The notes: generated by a model from the letters alone, not told the origin. A stretch of 64,000 nucleotides of DNA from Gammaproteobacteria bacterium (GCA_046290385.1 JBKAGM010000001.1:1026-65025), one strand, 5' to 3'. Shown: positions 41,718-51,358, numbered from the stretch's first letter. Translations and numbers: made by a program.

Positions 41718-42938
41718 ATGAAAATTAAAATAAAATTTAAAAAAACGTCAATAATGGTTTTATTATTTTTCGTTCCATTTTTGATGGGGATGGGCGTGGA
41801 TTTATATGTCCCTTCATTGCCAGCTATCGCTATATTTTATCAAACTGATCCACATTGGGTACAATTAACAATAGGTCTTTACATGTTGGGCTATGGAGTT
41901 GGGCAGCTTTTTCTTGGGGTTCTTTCAGATAGTTTAGGACGTAAGAAAATAATGTTGATGAGTGGTATTTCATATGTCATTATTAGTTATGTTGCGAGTG
42001 TTTCGCCTGAGGTTTGGTTTTTAAATCTAGCGCGATTTATTCAAGGTTTTGGTATTGCTGGATTGGGAGTTGCTGTTCGTGCTGTTGCAAGTGATTGTTT
42101 TAATGATCTAGATTTAACAAAAGCATTAACATGCTTTTCCATGAGTTGGGCTTTAGGCCCAATTATAGGACCATTTTTAGGAAGTTATTTACAACATTTC
42201 TTTGGCTGGAAGGCAAATTTTTATTTTTTCGCTATCTATGGTGCAATTATTACATTTTATATTGTGCTCTTTATACCTGAGACAATTGAAACGAGGCATC
42301 CATTACATCTTAAAATACTTTATAATAGTGCTAAGGTAATATGTAAAAATAAAACTTTTATTGCTGCATCGCTAATTGCTTCTTTAGTTTATTCAGTTTT
42401 AGTCTTATTTAATGTCGTTGGCCCATTTTTAATTCAGAAGGTGCTTCATTATACAGTTATCGACTATGGTCGTTTTGCGCTGATTCTTGGTGTTGCCTAC
42501 TTTTTGGGTAATTTTAGTAATCGGATATTGGTTAATTACTGTAGTCCTGTACGAATAGTATATATTACTCTATTGTTGAGCTTGGTTATATCTATAGCAA
42601 TGTTACTTTTAGCATTGATAGTAGGGTCTTGCATCGTTGTTGTATTGGCTCCAGTCTTCTCGATTTTTTACTTATCAGCAATGATGTTGCCTAATATGGT
42701 TTCAAAATCAGTTGGAATGTTTCCCAAGCAAGGAGGGACTGCAAATGCTATTTGTGGGACAGTCGTCGCATTAGGTGTATTTATCATGTCTAGTTTTGCC
42801 AGCAGTTTAAAAATACACTCACAAATGCCACTAGCGATTATGTATATGGTTATCCTATTTGCTTCACTGATGATATTTTCAGTGTATATCAAAAAAAATG
42901 ATTCTGTCAAAACTCAGTGCGCTCGACTCAATCTTTAA
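41718..42938 (+). CDS. MFS drug-efflux-type transporter (Bcr/CflA-like); its 3' end runs into an IS inverted repeat
   Basis: 406 aa; 12 TM; the last ~12 codons and the stop lie within the IS6 terminal repeat at 42903-42920. Confidence 0.75.
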   Translation: MKIKIKFKKTSIMVLLFFVPFLMGMGVDLYVPSLPAIAIFYQTDPHWVQLTIGLYMLGYGVGQLFLGVLSDSLGRKKIMLMSGISYVIISYVASVSPEVWFLNLARFIQGFGIAGLGVAVRAVASDCFNDLDLTKALTCFSMSWALGPIIGPFLGSYLQHFFGWKANFYFFAIYGAIITFYIVLFIPETIETRHPLHLKILYNSAKVICKNKTFIAASLIASLVYSVLVLFNVVGPFLIQKVLHYTVIDYGRFALILGVAYFLGNFSNRILVNYCSPVRIVYITLLLSLVISIAMLLLALIVGSCIVVVLAPVFSIFYLSAMMLPNMVSKSVGMFPKQGGTANAICGTVVALGVFIMSSFASSLKIHSQMPLAIMYMVILFASLMIFSVYIKKNDSVKTQCARLNL

Positions 42939-43578
42939 GTGCTTGAACTTGATTTAGTTTTTTGTGGTAAATAGTTCGTTAAAATTTTGAATTTTAGACA
43001 TGAGTCTTCTGTGACGTTTAGCGCGTGTTTTATTTTTTATTAGAAGTAATTGTCATATTCTTCGAATGTCGTACAAAATATTAATACACTAAAATCGCTC
43101 TGTAGAAATAACACCGAAGATCATCAATACGTAAATACGTTGCATCAATATGCCATTTGTTCCGAGAAAACCCTTTGCGTTTTGCGCGACATTTTAACCC
43201 TAACTCAACACCAAACGTTTGGGTCCAGTTATGGATCGTTTGATGACTCATATGAAATCGGCGCATTATTATGAGCTCTACCACATCATCCTGGCTGACT
43301 TTAAACCGATAATAGTAATGAATAGCGATCATTACCATTTCGGCAGGATGCTTGATAAAATTCAGTGGGGCGCAGCTACGTTCATTAAACTGCCTACCGC
43401 TCAGTCTGAACAACGATATTGCAATTAGCCTAACCCCGTTGAGTAATTCCAGACGTCTTTTTTGAGTTTCAATGAGCACAGTTCATAGGTTTTTTCTCCA
43501 ACATCTTTATTTGTGATTATATTCTTATAAGCAACACGCTACAAATTACAATGTTAGACTGAGTTTTGACTAAGCCAG
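42903..43578 (-). mobile_element. IS6-family insertion sequence remnant (copy B, internally deleted)
   Basis: IRs ttctgtcaaaactcagtgc (42903-42920) and gagttttgactaagcc (43561-43576). The transposase N-terminus and part of the core (43081-43479) are in one frame with no frameshift. Confidence 0.65.
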
Positions 43579-43988
43579 TAAATCTACATGTAGTAATACA
43601 TTAGCGCCTATGAAAATAATTATCATTCGTTAGTAACAAATTAAAATCATGTGAAGTTACTCACAAATAAAAAAGAACGTAAACTATTTTCAGGAAGTTA
43701 TAAGTTAATTCGTTGAACTTGACATAAGATTATTCAATTTCATACTGGTTTCCAGCAAGATTGCTTGCAATAAATAAGCATGCTTTTTTTTGATCAGAGA
43801 TGTCAGTTGATTAAACCGAGTTAACCAGCCCGATTTCTCCAAGGGGTATATACGTAGTATTTACTTATTGATGGTTTTAATGAATATCCCGTATATTTAT
43901 ATCCTAAAACTTTTTCCTTTTTTGGAAGTAGACTCAATATTAGTAAAAATTCAAATTTTTTTGAATAAAGATTTAAGGGTAAAATGCC

Positions 43989-45497
43989 ATGAAAAAATCG
44001 GATAAAAAGAAGTTTATCGCACTTGCAGAAATTGATAGTCTTCGAATGGGAATTGGTCGTGGAAAAGTATGGTATGTTCCTTCATTTCCCGATGATCCTT
44101 CGAGTGTTAGTGAATTTAGTTACGAGGATATGCAACTAAGACAAAAAGAGAGCGAATTTTATGAAAATAATAATGATGCCATTCATTTTGAAAGTGCTTA
44201 CCAAAATACAAAAAGACTATTAAAGCTGAATGATTTAAATCTCAATAATAGAGATCACGTAAGAATGCTAGAAAGTAATTTAAACTATGTGAGAGGTGGT
44301 ATTGATGAGGTTGAAGATATCGAGCATGCCTTTAAAATACTCTCTGATAGATCTGATGAACTAAAGTTACCTAAAAAACTTATTAACTCTGCTTCAGAAC
44401 TTTGGCCGACGGATACTATTTATTCAAGATTATTTTTTCTTTTTGCTGACGAAGGTTTGAGTGGATTACAAGATAAAATACAGGAGCAGGAAATTCAAGA
44501 ATGGAATGCTTTTCTAGCTAAGTTTGAGGGAAATAAGGATGCGTTAAAAAATTTACTTTTGGATAGTAACTTTTCTCCAAAGCCAGAAATGCAGGCTCTC
44601 TTGAATAGATTTCTGATCAAACAAGGTTATGCTAGTGATGCAGAATTATCAGCATTTGTTGAATCAATGTGTGGATCCATACAAGAATTTCGAGCGATTC
44701 AAAAAACCCAAGAAAAAATCATACAAAAGTGTTCCAATATAACTCAAAAACTTGAGCAAAAACACGAACATAAATTAGATGCAAACAAGAGGGCTCAAAT
44801 GTGGCAGGATGCAAGAAATATAGCTTCAAACTTACATAGTATTGGTGTCGCAACAGGTAATCGTCAATTGGCTAGGATAGGCGCAGTAGCGCAATCAGGT
44901 ATTGATGCGGCATTAATAACAAGTAAAATCACCAAGACATTATCTGGCAACAATTTAGGTCCTGCAGAGTACTTGTCAGCAGCTTCTTCAGGTATTGGTC
45001 TTGTATTGATAGGGTTGCAATTGGTAGGAATGTTTTCTGACCCTAAACCTGATCCAGCTATTGAAATGTTGAATGTGCTATTCACACAAATTCAACGAAA
45101 TCATGTTGAAGTAATGAATCGATTAAATATTTTAGAAGAAAATCAAATTCTTATTTATACAAAAATTAATAAAATACTTTTTGAAATAAAAGTAAATCAT
45201 ATAGAAATGAAAGCATATGCAAGAACAAGATTTGATCAAACAGATAATAAGTTAGATATACTTACATCTCTTGTTGATAATGGATTTAGAACATCATATT
45301 TAAATAAAATTGATGTCTTGCATGACAATATAGAAAGATATTCAGGTAAAAACACATTTTATTCCAGCCAAACAAGAGAAAGTTATTTTGATAAAAATCA
45401 TATTTTATTTAACTATCTGACTATTCCCGAGAAAGGAGCATCTAATTTAAGAAAAATAAGCTATTTAAATGGTTATACTGTCGCATCGTTATTTTAA
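43989..45497 (+). CDS. hypothetical protein, candidate secreted effector
   Basis: 502 aa; no recognisable motif; coiled-coil-like stretches and one hydrophobic segment; AT-rich codon usage. Confidence 0.4.
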   Translation: MKKSDKKKFIALAEIDSLRMGIGRGKVWYVPSFPDDPSSVSEFSYEDMQLRQKESEFYENNNDAIHFESAYQNTKRLLKLNDLNLNNRDHVRMLESNLNYVRGGIDEVEDIEHAFKILSDRSDELKLPKKLINSASELWPTDTIYSRLFFLFADEGLSGLQDKIQEQEIQEWNAFLAKFEGNKDALKNLLLDSNFSPKPEMQALLNRFLIKQGYASDAELSAFVESMCGSIQEFRAIQKTQEKIIQKCSNITQKLEQKHEHKLDANKRAQMWQDARNIASNLHSIGVATGNRQLARIGAVAQSGIDAALITSKITKTLSGNNLGPAEYLSAASSGIGLVLIGLQLVGMFSDPKPDPAIEMLNVLFTQIQRNHVEVMNRLNILEENQILIYTKINKILFEIKVNHIEMKAYARTRFDQTDNKLDILTSLVDNGFRTSYLNKIDVLHDNIERYSGKNTFYSSQTRESYFDKNHILFNYLTIPEKGASNLRKISYLNGYTVASLF

Positions 45498-45509
45498 TTT
45501 AAAAACGGA

Positions 45510-47660
45510 TTGAAGAATGTTGAATCCACTAATTTATTGAACGCTTACTTGTCATTATGTAACTATGATGAATTACTTGCTTTGCTTGGGGTCGTTGCAA
45601 GATCTTTTAACATACACTATAAAAGAGCATGCGCTTTAGAGACGGTCATGAATTTGCCGATTTGGATGAGAACAGTAGATGATCTTGAGAAGTATCGTAT
45701 AGAAGGTATATATTTTAATTATCATGATGGACATGGGAGTTCTTATAGCCGAGAGCAATTTGAGGAAACTAGAAAATATAAAAACCAGGCTATTGCACAC
45801 GTGCAATCATTGTATAATGTTAGAACGGGTATAATTGATTCACTTTTAAATGAATATTTTAGGATAATGCTTAAACTGGAGGAAGCCTGGGATTCTGTAA
45901 GTCGATATAAAAATAAACTATTCTTTAATTCTAAGAGTGTTAAAACTGAAAATACAAAACTCTTTAGTGTTCAAGGTGTTATTGCTGATATACTTAAAAA
46001 AAATAAGCTTGCTTTGGACGACGTTAAAGGTAGGATTGTCATTCTTGTGAAAAATACGGAAGTGGACCTTAATCAAGGAAGAACAAGATATAAATTTACC
46101 GAAGAAATAAAGCCTTTTTTTGCTCACTTAGTAAAGCGAGCTGAATTAAAACCTTATTTACTAACAGAAATGCTCAGTAAGGGGAGTTTAAGTTTTAAAA
46201 TAACAATACGCCCTAACTTTTATCATGCTCACCTTGGTGAGAGTTGCGCTCTTGCAGCGACGGCAAGTGTTTATGTGGACCTGGAATTTAATGGTAGAAG
46301 TATAGCGCGCTATTTCCCCGGCGTTGAAAACTTTATCAGTATAACTGACGAAGGGAACTATTTAACATGCTTGGGAGACAGAGAACTTGGGAGGGTTCAT
46401 TCCCATGATGCACCGGAAGGCTACCGTGGGGAGTTAGGGTTATATCATCGTACATGTTCTGCTGGAATGGATGACTCGAGAGGCTACCATCCAGTTAAGC
46501 AAAACGATTTGATGGTTAAACAGATCAAAAATAAAATTTTAAAGCCTAAGTGGCTTTCAAGGCGGCAGAATTATTATTTTGCAACACCGACTGATTGGAA
46601 TTTTGATCGTATGTTTGACGCTTTCATTGATTCGGAAAGACTCATCAAGGCTAATCAAAATAAATTACGCATAGGTTGTTCCCACAGTATTAATCCATTT
46701 TTTAACTTCCCTATATGTTTCGAATTATTTGATTTAAAAAAAACAAATAAAAAAATTAAAAATCGCCTCACCTCAAATTTAAATACATTACCTATTAATC
46801 TTGAAAATCATGATTATTCTAAATTACGAACTGATACTTTAGCGAAACTCAGAAGTGTCAAGCTGGATCCTGCTATGGCTTATAGATTCTTGTTTGAACG
46901 CTTTAAAAAACAAAAGCTGGAAGCTATAGGAATGTTTATTCAAAAATTAGAAGATGTAGGAGAGCTTTTTCCTTTACTTGAAAAGCTAGATACCGTTTAT
47001 TGGCTGTTGAAGCACTATATCAAGCTTTTTGGGTTAGATGATAACTTCATTGAAAAGCACCCTGAAAATTATCTTCGCATGGCATGTCTTCAATTCGATC
47101 GTGGCGCTGAAAAAACGGATCACTTATCCTGGATTAAGTGTCGAAGTGATAATCTAACTTTTTATAATAAAAAAAGATTTATAAAAAAAATGAAAGACAA
47201 AATAAAGTATTTAAAAAATTATCATTATAAGAAAAAAATTGATTTGTCGCTTGGCGACTTAGTAGATGAACAATTGAAACACGATTTAGGAAAGAAATAT
47301 AAATCTGAGGTTATAAAATTTAATGCGACTGTTAATGAGCATAAAATGACTAATAAAAATAATGAGTTTCTTAAAAGTTTGCACCGCGGTGGCTTAGCAT
47401 TAACTAGAACGGAACAACGTATCCAACTTTATATTGATAATTTAGCTACGAAGCAGCATTTATCCAATATTCATGATAATCTTCATTGTGATGGCCCTGT
47501 TGAGGAATGTTCTTCCTCGACAGGAAACTGTCTTGATGTGGATGGCAGGCCTTATTGTGCGATGTCTAATAGTGCAAGTGGATCAATGTTTAAACTTCCA
47601 AGACTTACCTTTAAATTTTATGAGGATAGCTATATTAAACTTAAAGTTTTTGGTGATTAA
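45510..47660 (+). CDS. hypothetical protein, candidate secreted effector
   Basis: 716 aa; no recognisable motif; 12 bp downstream of the previous ORF; K/N-rich. Confidence 0.4.
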   Translation: MKNVESTNLLNAYLSLCNYDELLALLGVVARSFNIHYKRACALETVMNLPIWMRTVDDLEKYRIEGIYFNYHDGHGSSYSREQFEETRKYKNQAIAHVQSLYNVRTGIIDSLLNEYFRIMLKLEEAWDSVSRYKNKLFFNSKSVKTENTKLFSVQGVIADILKKNKLALDDVKGRIVILVKNTEVDLNQGRTRYKFTEEIKPFFAHLVKRAELKPYLLTEMLSKGSLSFKITIRPNFYHAHLGESCALAATASVYVDLEFNGRSIARYFPGVENFISITDEGNYLTCLGDRELGRVHSHDAPEGYRGELGLYHRTCSAGMDDSRGYHPVKQNDLMVKQIKNKILKPKWLSRRQNYYFATPTDWNFDRMFDAFIDSERLIKANQNKLRIGCSHSINPFFNFPICFELFDLKKTNKKIKNRLTSNLNTLPINLENHDYSKLRTDTLAKLRSVKLDPAMAYRFLFERFKKQKLEAIGMFIQKLEDVGELFPLLEKLDTVYWLLKHYIKLFGLDDNFIEKHPENYLRMACLQFDRGAEKTDHLSWIKCRSDNLTFYNKKRFIKKMKDKIKYLKNYHYKKKIDLSLGDLVDEQLKHDLGKKYKSEVIKFNATVNEHKMTNKNNEFLKSLHRGGLALTRTEQRIQLYIDNLATKQHLSNIHDNLHCDGPVEECSSSTGNCLDVDGRPYCAMSNSASGSMFKLPRLTFKFYEDSYIKLKVFGD

Positions 47661-47687
47661 ACAGCGACAATTGTAAACAGACCTATC

Positions 47688-48143
47688 ATGCAATTAATAA
47701 ATCCGTTTTTACAAACAATTGATTTGACTCAATCTCTACTTCAGCAAGAAACTAAGTCATTTAGTAAAGATGAAGAAGAGTTCATTTGTGTTGTTGATAA
47801 TGGAGAAAATACCTTTGATGATATCAACCTTTGCCAAAAAAATGATGCGTCAAGCATCGCACCATTAGGTGCACTTGGAAAATCATTTGAAAGATCATTT
47901 AATCAATGGCGACTGCCTAACTATTCAGGAGATTTTAATAGTCAACTGGCTTTATTTGCTGTGATATTTCATTTATTTAAAAAAATGTATCACTCAATTT
48001 TTGGTTTTAGTGACTTTGATAATAAAGCCAAAGAAGAAGTGTACTTTTTTTCAAACTTTGGGGTGGGATTTTTTGATGTCCCAAAACAACAAAATGATCA
48101 GCAATCATTAAGCGCCAATACATTTAATTTACAAATTAAATAG
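47688..48143 (+). CDS. hypothetical protein
   Basis: 151-aa ORF directly downstream; no motif. Confidence 0.3.
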   Translation: MQLINPFLQTIDLTQSLLQQETKSFSKDEEEFICVVDNGENTFDDINLCQKNDASSIAPLGALGKSFERSFNQWRLPNYSGDFNSQLALFAVIFHLFKKMYHSIFGFSDFDNKAKEEVYFFSNFGVGFFDVPKQQNDQQSLSANTFNLQIK

Positions 48144-48224
48144 AAGAAGATTTTCTTCATTAGAGGTGATAGTTGGATTGACTCGAAAATCACTAGGGTT
48201 TTTGATTTAGGGGAAACAATATGG

Positions 48225-48509
48225 TTGTTATTGAACTCACTTATAAAAATATATTACCAGAAGTTGATGAACATGTTTAAGCACACCGTGCATTCTTACA
48301 AAAAATATTATGATGAAAATATTTTTATTACTACTGGGGCTAAAATTCTCCCTCAAGGAAGTATTATTATGGCCAATACAGATTTGAGAACAGCTAATGA
48401 AATTGTAAAGCAGGATCCATTTTACCAGAATGAAATAGAGGATTATCGATTTATAGAATTTAATGCTGATCGGTATGTTCGCGAGCTGGCAGGAAAACTT
48501 AAAAAGTAA
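48225..48509 (+). CDS. YciI-like small protein
   Basis: 94 aa; DPF...IEF pattern resembles the YciI family; weak. Confidence 0.35.
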   Translation: MLLNSLIKIYYQKLMNMFKHTVHSYKKYYDENIFITTGAKILPQGSIIMANTDLRTANEIVKQDPFYQNEIEDYRFIEFNADRYVRELAGKLKK

Positions 48510-48801
48510 AATAGTTGTTTTTATAATTCTAATTCAGCAGCAACCTTTGAGGCTGCCAGTAAGATAGCTTACTGGAAATGAGTCGGTGTACTGAAAGTAA
48601 TGAACTACAACAAAGATACACGCTGCAATTTCATATATGAATAAATTAGCGATTATGCTGTTGGTATTTCTTAAAATATATGTAAAGACAATATATAATC
48701 GGAGTCTAATAGGCAAGAAAACTAGTAAAAATTTGTGTTTTATTGAACCCAAATACCACATTATTTAATGAATGAATTAAATAATACTACAAGGAATTCT
48801 A

Positions 48802-49437
48802 ATGGAATTAAATAAATTAATCGCAATATTACAGAGCCGTTATACTGGGCTCATTATGGTCAATGCTTGGGGTGAAACAAGTCTTTTTTACAATCCATTA
48901 AATATATTAAAACGAGGCACTTACTGCATTACCTTTAAGCAGCGTGATGGCGAAAATGACGCATCATCTCAATTAGATCGAGATAGTGTTAAGTTTAGGA
49001 TGAACTTCAAATTATCGAAGTCAACATTTTTGACGCATTTCAATGAGCCATCTCTTCCTGATCGACCTGGAAAAGGGGATATAATTTCACTTAAAAGCGG
49101 TCGAAATTATGACCCTTCTGTATTAGATCAAGTGATACCCCACCCAGTGTATGCTTGGATGAGTTGGGTAAGTGTGATAAATCCTAGTAAAGAAACAATT
49201 GAAACCATTTTAGAATTAGGAATGATAGATGAAGCTTATCGTGATGCAGTTGAGAGGCATGATAAAAATAAAAGTGTTATAAAACATCGAACACAAAATA
49301 CAGCTTCTGATGAATCTGAGCATGCAAAACGTGGTTCTTTTTTTGATGATTCAATACTGCCTAGAAAACGTGCTCGCTCAAGCAGTGTTGATACGCGAAC
49401 TTTAGATGAATGTAAGCTAGATTCTTCTCCAAAATGA
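48802..49437 (+). CDS. hypothetical protein
   Basis: 211 aa; acidic and basic C-terminal tail. Confidence 0.35.
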   Translation: MELNKLIAILQSRYTGLIMVNAWGETSLFYNPLNILKRGTYCITFKQRDGENDASSQLDRDSVKFRMNFKLSKSTFLTHFNEPSLPDRPGKGDIISLKSGRNYDPSVLDQVIPHPVYAWMSWVSVINPSKETIETILELGMIDEAYRDAVERHDKNKSVIKHRTQNTASDESEHAKRGSFFDDSILPRKRARSSSVDTRTLDECKLDSSPK

Positions 49438-49804
49438 AAAAAAGTAAGTAGTGGATCATCAATCAATTCGCAATCCACCGCTCATTTACGAATTAAAGCA
49501 ACAGCAATCAAATGTGTTTGTATAATCCGTTTGGATAAGTTTTAAAGGTGGTACACTAATGAAACTAAATATACAGTTGGAATATATGCGACGCTGAAAA
49601 TATAGATGAATGTAAGGAGTGCTTAAAAAAGGACTGGAACTACAACACAGAAAGAAGCGATGGAAAGAATTATAGGATAAAAACATCAACACATTAGTTT
49701 AGGGCTTATAATTTGGGCAAGGTTTGGAGAAGGTCAATGGAAAATGCCTAACCTAATTTCCAGTAACTCCCCATACGAGAATTACAGAAATAACCTGGGA
49801 GCGT

Positions 49805-49833
49805 TGACATAATATAGCACCTGGTGCTATACT
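49805..49833 (+). promoter_or_regulatory. sigma70-type promoter with an embedded operator palindrome for the first toxin-antitoxin pair
   Basis: TTGACA (49805-49810), 17-18-nt spacer, TATACT; perfect palindrome tatagcacc-t-ggtgctata (49813-49831) between -35 and -10; ATG at 49840 lies ~7 nt after the -10 element. Confidence 0.5.
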
Positions 49834-49839
49834 CTTTGC

Positions 49840-50205
49840 ATGAGAATATTAGCCACAAAATCATTTGCTAAATGGTTGAAAAAACAAAAGGTTACAATAA
49901 CTGCCTTGCAGGAAGCAGCAAATGAGGTAGTTCATGATAAATATGATGCGGATTTGGGTGGCCATATTCTAAAAAAACGACTGGGTTTCCAAGGTAGAGG
50001 AAAACGAGGAGGGTTGAGAACAATCTTGTTTTATAAACAAAACAATAGGCTTATTTTTCTGTATGGGTTTAAGAAGAATGAAAAAGCGAATATCTCGAAT
50101 ACGGAATTGGAAGCGTTTAAGGTATTTGGAAAAATCTTAAAAAATATGACAGACAGTGAAGTTGTGACGGCAATTAAATTGAAAAATTTTGTGGAGTTAA
50201 AGTAA
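49840..50205 (+). CDS. RelE/ParE-superfamily toxin (HigB-like, toxin-first arrangement)
   Basis: 121-aa basic protein just upstream of an XRE-HTH partner with a 1-nt overlap. Confidence 0.55.
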   Translation: MRILATKSFAKWLKKQKVTITALQEAANEVVHDKYDADLGGHILKKRLGFQGRGKRGGLRTILFYKQNNRLIFLYGFKKNEKANISNTELEAFKVFGKILKNMTDSEVVTAIKLKNFVELK

Positions 50206-50510
50206 TGAGAAACACAATGAAAAATGCTATTTTAGATACTGTGAATGATCTTCATAAGCAAGGTGTTGTGGATGATTTGACCTTACGTGAAATGGAGGCA
50301 CTATGCTTACCAAAGTTAAAAGCTTATTCACCAACCGCAATCAAACGCATTCGTAGAAAGTTACGATTAAGTCAAGCAGCGCTTGCTAAATTTTTAAACA
50401 CTAGTGTGTCTACTATTCAAAAATGGGAAACAGGCGCTAAAAAACCTTCTGCCATTGCAGTAAAATTGCTGAATATAGCGGATGATAAAGGCATTGAGGG
50501 ATTAATTTAG
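50205..50510 (+). CDS. XRE-family HTH antitoxin (HigA-like)
   Basis: HTH LRLSQAALAKFLNTSVSTIQKWETG. Confidence 0.65.
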   Translation: MRNTMKNAILDTVNDLHKQGVVDDLTLREMEALCLPKLKAYSPTAIKRIRRKLRLSQAALAKFLNTSVSTIQKWETGAKKPSAIAVKLLNIADDKGIEGLI

Positions 50511-50580
50511 TTTTCATTAAATTTTCTATATTCTGCTTTGATGTTACCAGTAATTTTCCTTACTGGATGTTAGACAAACT

Positions 50581-51018
50581 TCAGACTGAGTGTACGATTC
50601 CTATATGTAGCTTTTGTCCTAATATATTTAACGCATATTCAATGCGTGGAAATTTTGAAGTATAATCAGGATCAAGTAATCGACGAACTTCTTTTTCATC
50701 ACAATTGAGCTTTTTAGCTAATGCAACGTTAGTTAACTTCTTATTTCGCATCGTAATATATAATGCCGCCTTGGCCGCTAGGGTAGCGGGCAGGGCAATT
50801 AAAACCCCACTTTTTTTCGCTTTACTTGGTTTTGGGATGGCAAGCTTCATGGCCATACGGTTTGCAACGGCTTCTTCTAGACAGTCCTGAGCTTCGTGGA
50901 TTGCTTCTTGTTTATTATTGCCTTGCGTAATCGCCTCTGGAAAATTAGGGAAGCGTACCAAATATCCGCCTTCCTTCTGCTTTGCTAACTTAATAGGATA
51001 ATCAAAATATCTGTTCAT
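50581..51018 (-). CDS. hicB: HicB-family antitoxin, orphan
   Basis: Starts at MNRYFDYPIKL...GGYLVRFPNFPEA..QG....EA (UPF0150/HicB N-domain) plus a C-terminal DNA-binding region. The longer track ORF (50581-51222) extends an upstream frame that has no HicB homology. Confidence 0.6.
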   Translation of the reverse strand: MNRYFDYPIKLAKQKEGGYLVRFPNFPEAITQGNNKQEAIHEAQDCLEEAVANRMAMKLAIPKPSKAKKSGVLIALPATLAAKAALYITMRNKKLTNVALAKKLNCDEKEVRRLLDPDYTSKFPRIEYALNILGQKLHIGIVHSV

Positions 51019-51306
51019 GCCATGTCGCCTTAACTCTTTTTTAATACCTAAAAAGATTATCGAACCATTTTGACCGAATATCAACAACGACGCTCTTTCA
51101 ATGCAAGAGGAATTTGAAAAGGAGTATACTGCATAAATAACAGAAAATATCGGATAAGCTGGACCCGTTGCTGAGCTTGGTTGGCGCCAACTCCAAAATG
51201 AGCCAAAAACCGCCATGGGCAATCCTAGCGTACTGATTTTAATTAGATAAAATTGCTATTTTTTTGTAATTATTAGATTTTTCAGCTTTAATAAATATCT
51301 TTCATG

Positions 51307-51335
51307 TTGACAAACTGTTGGTTATAAACTACAAT
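51307..51335 (+). promoter_or_regulatory. sigma70 promoter of the second toxin-antitoxin pair
   Basis: TTGACA (51307-51312), N17, TACAAT (51330-51335), 23 nt upstream of the ATG at 51359. Confidence 0.5.
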
Positions 51336-51358
51336 ATCAACTATGTAAAAGGACACTC

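Noticed and set aside
51019-51250. Search for a hicA toxin gene upstream of hicB
   Set aside because: All three minus-strand frames were translated by eye and none resembles HicA. The in-frame upstream extension of the HicB ORF (MPMAVFGSFW...) has no HicB or HicA character.
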